64,000 nucleotides of DNA from Macrostomum lignano (lineage: Eukaryota), in the NCBI GenBank assembly GCA_002269645.1, contig NIVC01001593.1, positions 199,859 through 263,858 of the forward strand. Reading direction: 5' to 3'. How positions within the stretch are numbered: position 1 is the stretch's first letter; each line of letters starts with the position of its first letter. Of this stretch, positions 1 to 13,047 are shown in pieces. A program made the position numbers and the translations under genes. A model generated the notes under the pieces. The model was not told the DNA's origin. It did no database searches and worked only from the letters and a program-made list of their open reading frames with translations.

Positions 1-172
1 TGAAGGACCTTCGATCTATCAGCAAAAACTGGAAAATGTTTCCAGTGTCCGGCATGCTCGGACGAGAGAAACTCCTCCTTTGAGGCCCTTGCCGACCCTT
101 CACCATGGATCTCAAAGTCCCAATCCTCTGCTCAACCAGTCAAGAGTCGCCAAGAGTGAATCGGATTTCCCG

Positions 173-2171
173 TCAGCTGTCAGCATTCGGCAGCTTCTGA
201 TGCGGTCGCGGCCCGGCGGCCACAGCCGGCAGCAGGACGTCCGCCTCCGAGCGGCTGGCCGCTCCATCGCACCTCCTGACGGCGGAGGCTCCGCCAACGC
301 CGCGGCTCTGCCTGGTGCAAATTTCGTAGCAGTGGATGAAAAAGTCGATTAGCTCTACCACGGAGATCATTGTCAGGCCGACGAATATAGAGAACAAGCG
401 CCAATCTGGCTCAGGAAGGAGGTCAGAGACAGGACCTCTTTTTCCTCAACCTTGTGCAGATCGAAGTTCGGCCGGATCAGCTGGATAGACAGCAGGTTCC
501 GTTCCAGCAGGTTCTCGTGCTTCAGCATCTCGTAGGCCTCCTGGATGCTGCCGTTGTTATTCAGCTTTTCTATAGCCTTCCTGTAGGCCTTCATCTCCTT
601 CCTGTTCAGCAGGCGGCTGTAGACCCGGCTGTTGAGCAGGCGCAGCTGGAACGACCTGGTCGGCCAGTCGGATGTCGACCGCTCGGTCTGGTAGCTGTAA
701 ACGAGCAGGGCAGCGTGCAGCTCTCCACCACGTCCTTGGAGTACTTGGAAATGACGTCATTCTTGCAGCGGATATAGCCGTAGACTTTCTGCAGGGTGGC
801 ACTGCAGTCGGCCAGCCGTTTCTGATCGTTCTCGGCCGTGGCCCAGTTGCAGCCGTCGCTGCGCAGAAACTCCTCCAGGCCGGTGCAGTAGGTGAAATTC
901 GATTCGCGCACCAGCGGATACTCGATGGCCTGGCAGCCGCAGGTATTGAGAATGTCCCGCTGGATTGTGGCCTGTCGGCAGGCGTCCTCGCTGTATTTGT
1001 ACTCCCGACCGAATAGGTTAAGATTCCTCTGCGTGTCCTGCGAGCACCGGCCGTAGGGCGCCTGCTTCTGAACGTTCAACACGTGTTTGAGCTTCACCTC
1101 GGTCAGGGAGCCGGCTTTCAGGTGGATGGCCTCGTGATTCACGTCCGGGTAGGTGTCGCCCGAGTGGATGGTGAGCACGGCTCCAGACAGCTGCGTGCTG
1201 ATGTCCATGGTGTAACAGTCTACGCAGTTGAAATTGTCGAGGTTCCATTCGTTGTCTAGGTAGACGGCCATCTCTACCATGGTGGTGTTGTCCCTCAACT
1301 CCTCGTGCAAGTCCAAGGTGTAGCAATTCATGTAGTTGCCGTGCAGGAAGGCGTGAAAGTTACCGGCGAACATGTCGGAGCCTTTGCCGCCCCAGACGTA
1401 CTCGGGACTGCAGAATTTCAGGTTGCGGGCGCTGCCGTTCCGGATGACCGCCCGACAGTCGAGAATAAAATCCTGGAGAGTGTGCCCGATGTCGCGGCTG
1501 GCGCTTCTTGGCAGGCTCTCCAGGTAGGCTGGGAAACCCATCGAGCCGGAGAAGTTGTAGTAAACGTACTTCGTTGACTCGTTATAGAAGTACAGGTTCC
1601 TGGCGAACAGTTCCAACGATTCGGAGAAGTCGCGCGGATATTTCCAGCCCTGCTGGCGCAGCTGCTGCCGGCCCTCAGAGGACAGCGGTCGCATATTGCA
1701 GAGCGTTACGGAGGGAAACGGCGAGCTGTAGTCCTTCAACACCCTGGGCGGGTGCATCACGTCGTACTCGATGAACTGCAGCGTCAAGAAGGACAGACAG
1801 AGGATGCAAGCGACGAACAGGGCTACCACGAAGAAGATCCAGAGCAACCGGATGCGCCGGCTCTCCGATTTGATGATGCGCGGAATTCCTCGGATAGTGG
1901 TGTTCTCGCAGAAGCAGATGAACTGGCGGTGCAGGGCGCTGCGGACTGGGGCCAAGTCCGACTGCCCGGCAGTCGCCGCTCCAAAAGAAGCTACAGCAGA
2001 GGCTTCCGCGTCGGCATCCGTGGGGTCAGCGTCGGCCTCGACGGCCCGATTATTGGTCTGGACGGTGTACTTGTGCAGCGGAGAGTTACGGCGCTGTTCA
2101 TTGCCGCACTGTCGGGCGCTGCAATTGCGACAGCGAGTTCCGCGTCCTGTCGACTTCTGCGTTTCATTCAA
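173..2171 (-). CDS. DEG/ENaC (amiloride-sensitive Na+ channel family, FaNaC/ASIC-like), single exon, about 666 aa once two 1-bp deletions are corrected
   Basis: ORF 606-2171 has pre-M1 FCENTTIRGIPRI, TM1 LLWIFFVVALFVACILCLSFL, FPSVTLCN, YMNCYT, YSEDACRQATIQRDILNTCGC. Adding one base at 699-701 gives FYSYQTERSTSDWP and joins ORF 373-594. Adding one base at ~399 gives SQIGGLFSIFVGLTMISVVELID (TM2) and joins ORF 173-397. 1999+2 nt = 667 codons. Confidence 0.92.
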
Positions 2172-4047
2172 CAGAGGCCGGCAGCTCTTCGGTTCTGCTG
2201 ATTCTCTGTATGGCGCGATCGCGAAGGAAATGGATTAGAAGTCCGCGAGAGGGAATGCTGGCGTCGGGTGGGCAGTGGGGATATTTTAAAAACGGGAAGA
2301 GAGGTAGCAAGACTATACGCGGATAGTTTGGAAGCCTAGCCCTAGACGGCCAATGGCAGGCGAAACAGCGGCTTGATTGGCTCTCGGTGACGGTTTGATG
2401 CCTGTACGGTACTCAACTGAGCTGGTGTGTCACGGACAACTGGCTAAAGCTAATGGCAAAACTGCGCAGTGAAGTGGAAGCAGCAAGTTGTAAAATCATA
2501 TTGTGTTTTGAAAAAGTCTAATTCTACTTTTTTTGCTCACGCAGGCTCATTTAATGCAGAAATACATAACTATCAATAAAATAAATCAATTCAACTGGCT
2601 AAATGGTGACAAAAGGAGCATCCCTATTTTCTACTTCAATTACTTACTCGTAGCTACGGGAGAATACTGCATGGGCATTGTAGTGGTCTGCAGTGCTGAT
2701 TGACATGCCTCTAAGGGCCTCGCCGTGGACGCATACAGTGGGAGTTTTTGTATCCAGTTGACGAAAGCCCGAAGTTTCTGCTGCAGCAGGAATGAGGATG
2801 GAAGCAAATGCCACAGATTATATAGCTGCAGGCACTGGCAGGGGCTGCACACGTTCGAGTTTTAGTCTGTCTGGAAAAACTGGCTGATATTTTTTCAGAT
2901 TGATAAATTCAGAGCCTCTGGTTGGGAGACTGAGCCAGTAAAAAGTGGTCTGTTTGGCAGATGACACAGGGTGCAACGCGCATTTTGGACTTACCTTAGA
3001 GCGTTTTCTTACTTGCTAGGTTTGAGAGTTTGAGAGTTTAGTCAATCGGAGCAGAGTCCAGTCCTGTACAACATCATCTTTATACTTACTGGCACAGCCA
3101 AAGTCCTCTATAGTGGTCTTCAACCCTCTGGTAAAGCTGTGGAACAGTCCCAATTGCCTCACATAAAAGAACATCGGTGTTAAAGCAACCGTCATTCCCA
3201 GAAGTAATTGCTTTGTTGTTAATTAATCTCCGAGAGCTATGCATCAGAAAAATATTGCGATCGAAAATCCAGGACCAAACTCCCCATGGGATAGTTTATT
3301 CTACAAAGATGGCATTGTTATAAAAATCAATCTGATAGCCTTGCAATGCAGCCATCTGAATTATGAAATCGGGTGCAGCTCACAGAGCCCCTTCCGTCGG
3401 GAGGAAGCAAGGGACGGTCCGAGAATGGCCGGGATCGGGCGGCGGAACAAGAGAGCACGAACGCTGCTTTTTTATGCTTTTCATTCACCCGGCCGCCGCG
3501 GGTCCCATGTCGAATACGACAGCCAGCCCTACTCGAGTCTGCTTGAGATCATAAAATTGCGGTCCGGTCGGTGTAGGAAGAGGGAATGAGCCAGATCCGA
3601 GCCCGATGAGATTCATGAGGCAAGCAGATGAATGCTCAAGATACTGCAGTGCAGGCTGATGGCAATCTGCTCAACCATTCAAGCTCCACAATGAGCAGGT
3701 CCATCTCCCAGTCTTCCGCCCCAATGCAGTCCGTGAAGAATGTGCAAATTCAGGCAGCAAGGCGTGCATGATCAAGGGGGACAGGATGATATGCCAATCT
3801 TCTTGTCTTCACAATTCATGAATGCATGGCTTTCCTACCGAATATTGTTCATCCCAGTGTCGAATGACGAGAATATTGCAAGTGAATGCACGAGAAGGAT
3901 GCTCACAAAGCCGCACAAGTCCGTGACTTTGCGAGCTTCATATATAGCCATGTGTGCATCTAATCATACTTGAACACCTGTTTTTATATCGGACGAGTAC
4001 ACGTGTAGAATACTTACATGATTTCTACATACAAATTTACAGTAGTA

Positions 4048-4745
4048 CGAGGGTTGTCCCAGAAATAGCGGGAAAAACCGGTATAGAAGCTGACTGTGAT
4101 ATTCGAATTTTATGCAACTTGCGTCATAAGTAGAAAAAAATCCAATGGTTGTTTTGCTTTTTAAATGAGGTAAAAATGTCAATTCATTAAAAAGTTATGC
4201 CTATAATTAGAACAAGGGGTAAGGGGGTAGAGTTACACCAAGTCGAGCCTACTATGCTGGCCATAGACTAAACTTTTGATGCTTAGTCAGAACCATAGAT
4301 ACTATATAACTATATAACTGTATATAGATATATAAATATCTATGGTCAGAACCATCGATTCGAAAACAGAAGCAAACGAAGAAGCTGAAGAGAAACAAAA
4401 GAGCACATAAGCCCTCGAAAAAAGCAGGAGCTAATCTGAAGCAGAAGCAGAAGCAGAACAGCTGCAGGCTACAGGCTGAGGGTTGACTTCGTCGAAAAGT
4501 CATCAGTCAAGGGCGATGGCGATGCTGCGTGACCGACTTTGCAGACCCCTCGACTTGGTGTAACACTACCCCCTACCCCTTGCTCTAATTATAGGCACAA
4601 CTTTTTAATGAATTGGCATTTTTACCCCATTTAAAAAGCAAAACAACCATTGGATTTTTTTACTTATGACGCAAGTTGCATCAAATTCGAATATCACAAT
4701 CAGCCTCTGTACCAGTTTTTCCCGCTATTTCTGGGACAACCCTCG
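4048..4745. mobile_element. Non-autonomous Tc1/mariner-type MITE, ~200-bp terminal inverted repeats
   Basis: 4048-4247 is a slightly diverged reverse complement of 4549-4745. Termini CGAGGGTTGTCCCAGAAATAGCGG...CCGCTATTTCTGGGACAACCCTCG, each flanked by TA. The ~300-bp spacer is non-coding. Confidence 0.88.
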
Positions 4746-6595
4746 TAGAATGACGGCAGTTCAGTATTTACATGTGGCACATCCTGCGCGGTTGAATTAT
4801 CATAGCTACATGTATATAAACGTGTCCAAAAATAGTCCCGTCGACTCCGCTAAGCTAAGCTAAGCTACAGACAAGGGCGGAGCGTTTAAATGAAATATGC
4901 AACGCCTGCAGTTAGCTACGGCTCTTATATAGCTACATGTTTCGACAAACAGGCGGTCGAATTTAAAATGCATTATGGACCCTGTTGTTTATAGCCTAGT
5001 CCATATAGTAGTAATATTAGATAATCGAATTTCAAGCGCCCGGCTTTGCATGCTTTTTTAATTTTTTCTTGGTTCCAGACTTAAGAGAGCTGAGAAACAG
5101 AGGAACAGAGAAGTGGAGAGAGTGCTTCAGATTTGGCGTGTAAGCTTTTAAACGCATGAATATATCGATCTTGACGGGCAAGGCCCTCCATCTTCTGGTA
5201 GCTGGCCTCCAGCTCCTCCGCTTGGGATGTCGACGTCAGAAAATTAATAAGAAGCTGTAACCACAAGCACCGCAGGGTGTCCACTGTATAAGCCTTTACT
5301 CTCTATATAGCATACGGGAGTTGTAGAGCATACACGCAAAGCTAACACACACAGGTCTTGTATGCATGTTAGTGAGCAAATAGACCGCACATGCTCAGGC
5401 CTGCTGCATTGATGGCGTTTTGTATGGGGTTTTTTAGGCAAATTGCGTTTGTTGTGCCACAGTGAAAACTTCTAGGATATTAGCTGCAGAGCCTCAAATA
5501 GATTTTTAGCTCGGGATCAAGCAGGTGAACGCGCGCTGGCCAGAGTCAGTTTATCTAAGCACGCTTCGGCTAGCAGATTAGTGTATGCAGAGACCATACA
5601 AGCCCCGTTAGGGAAACAGCAAGCTTCATAGAGAAATCGTTTGATTAGCAATTCGCTCGAATGACAATTGCGTCAGGGGTGGACTAAAAACAATATTAAT
5701 AATCACCGGCCTCTATTGCACGGCCTCGGTGCAAGTTTGCCAAGAGTAAACACGGATCTCGTCACCTCGATATGCAATTTTTATAGCAATGGCTTGCAAG
5801 CGAATTGACATAGGCTTTTCTTTCTACACAAAATGTGAACTAACTTCTTTTTTTTAGCCTGCAAGATTTGCGCAGGTCAGGTAATCATCGATTGCCCCGG
5901 TGTTGCCAACCAGCTGATTGATAGTAGAGGTCGCATGACTTGTGCACTGAGAACAAGGACCGTTGGAAGGAATGTACACTCGTAGGATGAGGTTGCTTCA
6001 TCCTATGAAAAATAGAACAAAGTAGCTACCTCAGGAAGACTCTCAAAATGTACAGAACAAGCAAATTCCGTTGATCCATTTTGAAATACTAAATTTGTGT
6101 CACGTAAATTATGAATAAACATAAATTTCCCTTATCTTCTTTAAAACTTTCTGGAAGTCTTTCTACATCTTAATCAGTTAAAAATAATGTAAAAGAAAAA
6201 AATTAAACTGCAATTCATTTATTACAGGAGATTAGAGAAGATCATTGTTAAATCAACAGCAAACGCCACTCACGATATATTTTCGTTACTCGCAATATCT
6301 AGATATTGACAGAAAGCAGATACATAACAATTAGTTTAAGTAATTCGTGGCGCCCTAGCAGTCAGTAGCTGGCACAAGAAACTGTCCAAAATAAAATGAG
6401 CAATTGGCAATTTTATAAAAAAGAAAACTCCTCATAGGTAAAATACATACATCTCGTCACAAAACGGAATTAATAAGATGGTGAATAAAAGTTTAATGGA
6501 ATGAATGCATCAATTTTCTTTATTTTTCCATAGAAAATAAAACATTTAATCGTAAATCTCATGCATAGACAGCACTTGCAAAAACTCTTAGTTAT

Positions 6596-7792
6596 TTAGA
6601 CTTCCGCACACACGCACAGCTTTGATAGTCCGCTGAGATTGGAGTCGCTGACTGCCTCCTCGGCTGCTGACACTGGCTGGCTGCCGGCATCTCCAGCTGC
6701 TGACACTGGCTGGCTGCCGGCATCTCCAGCTTCTGACACTGGCTGGCTGCCGGCATCTCCAGCTTCTGACACTGGCTGGCTGCCGGCATCTCCAGCTGCT
6801 GACACTGGCTGGCTGCCGGCATCTCCAGCTGCTGACACTGGCTGGCTGCCGGCATCTCCAGCTGCTGACACTGGCTGGCTGCCGGCATCTCCAGCTTCTG
6901 ACACTGGCTGGCTGCCGGCATCTCCAGCTTCTGACACTGGCTGGCTGCCGGCATCTCCAGCTGCTGACACTGGCTGGCTGCCGGCATCTCCAGCTGCTGA
7001 CACTGGCTGGCTGCCGGCATCTCCAGCTGCTGACACTGGCTGGCTGCCGGCCAAGCAGTAAAAGATAGACACAGCGGATTGGCTTTCAATCTGACAGGCG
7101 GTAAAGCCGACCCGCTGAAGTGCATCAGCCAGTGCCTCGGAAGTGATGTCAATCACCAGTACAAGCTTGTACCGGGCAGCCAGGTGAGGCCACAGGTCTG
7201 GCTCGGCGTTGACTGAGTGGGCAAAGCTCAGCACCACCAGGTCAGCATCTGGCAGCAGTTTGGCAGCGTCGGCGGAATTTTTAACACAGCCAGCTTTGAA
7301 CCATAGGCTGTATGGCAGTCGCTGCTCTCTTAGCTGCTCATCTATACTCGAGATTAGCGGCTGCCAGCCGCCGCACCGGTCTACCAGGAACATGACGAGA
7401 GGCTCGGCTGGCCCGGCGCTGTGGTGGTGCCGCCTAGCCAACAGAGCGATAGCATCGGAGCCGGGGCCGCAGCCGACGCAGACGCCAGTTTGGCTGCTTA
7501 GCAACACCCGATTGACAGCTTCAACATTGGAGACCGCCTCTAGAGATTTCGCTGAGATGCCAACAGACCAGGGCAGCTTGTTGATGGCGTAGCAACAGCG
7601 GAATAGCTCGTCATCGTAATATTCATAGTGCTGCTGTTTCCACTTCTTCTGCTCCCACTCGTTATAACGAAGCCAGCCCCGGCTGCGGCTGTCCCGATTG
7701 CGGTCGAGTTTCTCCTGGGCGCAGCGGTGCACTGCCTTGGTTAGAACTGAGCTGAGCCAGGCGCCACTGCCGCCAGCATCCGCACCCTGCAT
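6596..7792 (-). CDS. Putative class I SAM-dependent methyltransferase, 398 aa, intronless, with C-terminal tandem repeat
   Basis: Motif I VCVGCGPGSD, acidic motif II MFLVD, motif IV-like ADLVVLSFAHS. ATG at 7792-7790 follows an in-frame TAG and a TTTGCTCACAG acceptor. The ORF track starts one codon earlier at TTG. Confidence 0.7.
   Translation of the reverse strand: MQGADAGGSGAWLSSVLTKAVHRCAQEKLDRNRDSRSRGWLRYNEWEQKKWKQQHYEYYDDELFRCCYAINKLPWSVGISAKSLEAVSNVEAVNRVLLSSQTGVCVGCGPGSDAIALLARRHHHSAGPAEPLVMFLVDRCGGWQPLISSIDEQLREQRLPYSLWFKAGCVKNSADAAKLLPDADLVVLSFAHSVNAEPDLWPHLAARYKLVLVIDITSEALADALQRVGFTACQIESQSAVSIFYCLAGSQPVSAAGDAGSQPVSAAGDAGSQPVSAAGDAGSQPVSEAGDAGSQPVSEAGDAGSQPVSAAGDAGSQPVSAAGDAGSQPVSAAGDAGSQPVSEAGDAGSQPVSEAGDAGSQPVSAAGDAGSQPVSAAEEAVSDSNLSGLSKLCVCAEV
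6655..7050 (-). repeat. 33-bp coding minisatellite, 12 copies (AGSQPVS[A/E]AGD)
   Basis: Unit CTGCTGACACTGGCTGGCTGCCGGCATCTCCAG; variant order A,A,A,E,E,A,A,A,E,E,A,A. Confidence 0.97.
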
Positions 7793-8482
7793 CAATAAGC
7801 CGCAGCTCTACCTGTGAGCAAATTTCATTTTTTTCAATATAGATAGGCCTATGTTTATTGTTGTTCAAGCTAACTCAATACACTATAATTTGACAACCTT
7901 TACTTTTATGTACTATAATCAATACTTAAATAAATTTGATAAAGATAGCCAATATGGTTACTACAATGATCTAATATATGGTTACAAATTACAATATAGC
8001 TAGGCCCAGATCCAGAAATTTTCTTTGGGGGGAGGGGGATAGGACATCTCAAGGGAAGGAAAATGAATCCCCCATTCCCCTTTCATATGCCCCTGAAAGC
8101 TTGTTTTTAATTTTTATAAAGTTTGTTTGAATGTGCATAATATGAAAATATTAAAAGTATTATATATAAAATTGAGAGATAATATACATAAAATTAAATA
8201 ATTAAATATATAAATTAAATATAGAATTGAGAGATAAATACATAATATGATAAGATTTGCATCTTATTTGTATATTACAAAAAAGTTATTTTGTCTAGCC
8301 AGGACCTACTAGCAAATAAAAAGACAATAGACAAAATCATTGCATATTGACACTATCTATCAATGGACCTTTCAAGTCCATTGGCATTGACATTTATAGT
8401 TAGGATATAATCTAACTTCCCATATATAGCATACAATCAACTATGCCTATAAGGCACAAAATTCCTACATGCCAGACTCGAG

Positions 8483-8485
<3 letters not shown>

Positions 8486-8540
<55 letters not shown>
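8486..8540. repeat. (TA)n microsatellite
   Basis: About 27 TA units. Confidence 0.97.
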
Positions 8541-8546
<6 letters not shown>

Positions 8547-11500
8547 TTTTCTAGCATACAAGTATAAAGATATCTGGTATAGGCCCTATACCACACAATT
8601 GGTATACAAATTGGCATATAAAGGGGCCTGGCATACCCTTTGGTATATAGCTTGGTATATAAAGATCATCATTTATAATTTTGTTTTGATATATTTTTGT
8701 ATGCAATAAAAGTCCATCAGCATACATTGGCATATAGCATATGCATTACATAATACATATAGTACATACTTGCAACTATGAACTAGGCCTATTTCAAAAC
8801 TGATATGATATATTGACCTTTCCTTTGCCCCATTGTCTGGCATTAATAATTTTTGTTTTATCTGCATGTGTTTTCTATGTGTTTCTATTGTTTCTGACTG
8901 CTGCCCCATCCTTTGCCCTTTCTTCCCTATCTGCTGCGGACTGCCCAGTTTTTAATATTTATGTGGCCAGTTTGGGCCTCAAACTTGTTTACGCACTTGC
9001 TTTTGCTTGCTTTCCTTTTCCTTCTCCTTTCCCTTGTTTGCTTAGTTAGTTTAAGTCTAGTGTTTAGTTTCTAATACTTTTCCTTGTTCTAGTTTAAGGA
9101 GTTAATTTGCTTACACTTTAGAAGCTTAACCAGTTACTCTTACTCTGCACCCAGCATCGCCGCGGCAACTCTTGTTCATTAGCAATAAAATTGTTGGCAA
9201 AAATCTAATACTTAACAAACATAACACCTGTTTTACAAATAAGTTCATTAATTAATCAAAGCCTTTAGCGGTTTATCTTAAGTTATTTGCTTAATATGAA
9301 ACAATTGAATTAATCTCAACTCCAAATGAGCTCTGAGATCTCAATATTCTATAATATTACAAAATTATGGTGGTAGTAGCACTAATCTACTGAAAAAATC
9401 AGTTAAGCAAATCAGCTAACAATAAAATTATTGTGTCAAGACCATTGAGCCTACAATCTGAATGACTATGCCTGCTTAAGACTGCTTGACACAATTATGA
9501 CTACCCTCCCCTGGAATTGAGGACCCAGCAGTATTCTAAGAGAAAAATGATTCAAATAATTCAGTGAAATTTTCCAGCTTTGCAAGTGCCAAGATAATGA
9601 AGACGGAATTCAAAAGTTAGAATTGCCCATTTTCTGGTGTCAGCTAACAATAGACCAATTTAAAATTTTAAATTCTTTTCTCTGCCCCACTTCAAAAGCA
9701 TATAATTCTTCTAAAATTAAAAAACTAGGCTTTAATATTTACACTTAATATTAATTACTAAATTTAGATGATATTTGTTTTTTACCATAAAATAACCATT
9801 TTGCTATTTATAATTATATGGTTATATGGTTTTTCACCTATTTTAACTAAATTCTGATAGACTTATTATATTGATTAGTTGATAATAATAGGGCCTAGGC
9901 CTAATTAATTTAAATCTACCTTGCAAATATTCATAGATATAAATTAATAGCTAAAAATATGATTAACTAATATTATTAACAATCATATCATGACTAGTAC
10001 ACAACCTAGAAACAAACTAAAATAGATCACTTACCAATTTATCGCCTCTCTATCACAATGAAAAGATAAGATACTGAATAGGACTAGGCCTAACTGCCTA
10101 AGCCTTAATTATACATTTATACTATGTAATAGGCCTACAATAGGCAATAGCCAGAGCCAGAGGTCAAGAAGGCCAGTAATCAAGATAAAAATTAAATGAT
10201 AATATAAATGAAAATGAGTAAAAGTAGGCTTATTCCTTTGATATACGAATATGTATATATATGTTGTATGTATAGTAAATGACTGACTCACTTACTGAGT
10301 AAAGTCTGAGTTATGAAAATCACTGTTTTTCATATAGCGTAGTAATATAATAGGCCTAGTCATCAACTTCCTTAAGTCTGATCAGTTATAATTTAATGGG
10401 GTATTAGGCATTAGCCATAATTTTTTTGATAGGCGAAACGACAGGCTTTTTTCTTTTAAATCTTTCTTTCTTTCTCTTTCTTTTAGAAGACCACTACCTA
10501 AGACCTAAGACTAAGTGCTACATACATCTTTCCAGGAAACCACACCTCGTATAGTTTTCGTGCCAGACTTTCCGGTAAGATTTATCCTTGTCACTGTCAC
10601 GTTTACTGGCTGAGAAAAATTTGAAATAAATCCAATGATTTTCATTTTTCTACACATTCTGGTTCCAGAACCAATTCTCGTGAAAAAGACTGATGCATGT
10701 TTATCACATCACGAGCATCATCGAGAGTCTATATTTTTGTGTTTAACGCTCAAATTTGATTTGCCAATGGCATATATATTTGCATGTTTTACTGTATTCG
10801 CAGTGTCCACTGATGCACTAAATCAGTTTTTATTAGCGATATCTTTTGAAATTTCCCAAAGAATTGTATCTGTAAACACGCAATTTCTTCAGAGAAATGC
10901 GGAGTATCAATTTAAAATTTGCTTCAAATACTTCGAAATGCACGCAATCGAGCCAATATAGCCTCTTTTGAGACAATTAAAACACTTTCCTGCAAAGCAG
11001 CTGTTTTATCTCGCACAAAAATAATATATAGAGAAAGAGACATCTCGAGTGCCAAGCCGATGCCATGCTTAGTGGATGTTTTTCTATAAATAATGGATGC
11101 TATACTTTTTAAATCAATTCAGGCCAATATTTAATTATTGTAATCATAAATTTCTGAAATAATCGAAATGGGTTGAAATTCAAAATCGAAAAATGCTCAA
11201 AAAGATTAGATTCTTTCTATATACACATGGCAACCTTTTATAAATGGGGTAATGTAAGTGCAAGGTTAGTGGGCCTGAGCTATGCAAGTACAAGACTTAT
11301 TAATTTTTTATTCAAGACAATGTACAGCAGTACATGTACGAGACGTTCAAAATTGATGTTGACTGCATGCGTTCTGATAAAGGAGCTGCTGACGTTAAAA
11401 AGGGCAACTTATTTGAAATATCTACTGCTGCCTATGCATAAGCATCAGCTCCACTTTCCCTATGAAACTTCAGTTGACTGCGCTAATAATCAAATCTGAG

Positions 11501-13047
11501 CCAGTATACATGAGATATAATTGCTCCAAACTCGAGTGACCTCAACACCCAAGCCGCGGCATAACCCGAGGCAAACCTGAGCTGCTAAGCTGCAAACTTT
11601 TGGCTCTATATCCGCGCCGGGCCAGCGGCTGCTTAGCAATGCGGAAGACGTGGGAAATGGGAAAAGCTGCGAGGCATCGACCCCACAGAGCCAATTAAAG
11701 CGGTACTGCATGGCGAAGATCAGGGGGATGCTGCACCGCATCCATGTATGCGGGACACGCCACTCTGCCACTAATGCAATCGGGTTCCTCTCATATAATG
11801 CTTCACCGAGTCCCTGGCTTTTTCTCTGCATGGGCTGTTGTAAGAGCTAAGTTTTTGTTTTAGTATAACAGCTAAAAATTTGGGAGTGTAAAGTTTGGAG
11901 ATACATATGTATACGAAGCATTGGGATTGCAAACTCTAAATGCGACTTAAGAAATGACATTTGGATCGAGTGAATTAAGAAAGCACACCCGTGGCAAAAA
12001 GTAACTGCAAGACTTTCGCCTCTTAGCGCAAAGTTTGTTTTCTAGTAATTCAGCCTGTATTCAGCTGCTAGGAAATGAAATTTCTTCCTGACAGAGCATA
12101 TGGCTGTATTCCACTATTTCTTCGATTATGCACAGAAAACGGGTTGTTTTTATTAAAACATTGACAGTTTGACTGGATATCCCAAGTTTACTATAGGCAG
12201 CGTGTATATGGGAGGCAGGGCTAAAGTATTGACGTCAACATTAACAGAATCACGATAAGTTTCCGGCTCTCAAAAACTCTCAAAAGGAGGCGAATTTCCC
12301 AAAAAGAGAAGCCTAACTGTTTGCATACAGTAAGCAAATCGCGCTTAGTATAAAATTGGAGATTGTGAATTTTGTGCCATAATTGCTTGCGACATTGTAA
12401 AGAGGAGAAATGCACGTAAAAGAGACATTAAACTAAGATATTAGTAAGCAGGAAGGTTAAATGGCCTTTGGTAGCTGCGGTAGTACTTCGTAACTGTGAG
12501 TTAGCCAGCACTGTCAGACACGACGGCTATACACAGATCGCAAAATAATAAATCACGCTTCACATGCTCGTAAACGGATACACGTGTAATGCGATTATTT
12601 TGCTTAATAAGAATGAATCAATTGGCTTTTGGTTACAGGATCCTGTTTAACAATTGTGGGGATGGTATGCGATATGCTACGTTAATGTTACACGTTTCCT
12701 GGACAAGAAAGGGAGAGAGAGTAAGCAGCAGTGAATAGTTTGCAGACGCAGTTCGGCCATTAATACTGTGCAAGCCAGTACTCGTAAATCATGTACCAAG
12801 GACCACTAGAAGATTACGTTACTTTAGTAGTCCTTATCTTGTCCCTCTAAATCGTGTGATTTAGCCCAGTTTGTTTATTATGTGCCGCAATTAGAGCTTA
12901 TGTTCTCCAAACAATATATCATACGTGCTACACTGAACATAAGCTAAGCAGATAATTATATAGGATTATCCGATTAGCCAGCGTTTCTCTTAATTTCTCT
13001 GATTTTCTACGAGGATTTCAATTGTGAATCGTTCTGCACGATTCAAC

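Noticed and set aside
395-705. Programmed ribosomal frameshifting in the ENaC gene
   Set aside because: No X-XXY-YYZ slippery heptamer at either site; two such events in one mRNA are far less likely than 1-bp read errors or mutation.
2640-3960. Possible decayed transposase or exons upstream of ENaC
   Set aside because: Coding-like composition and some splice-like sites, but no frame gave a recognisable motif.
5081-5230. Exon-like stretch AEELEASYQKMEGLARQDRYIHAFK (minus strand)
   Set aside because: No partner exons or family motif found; cannot be supported as a gene.
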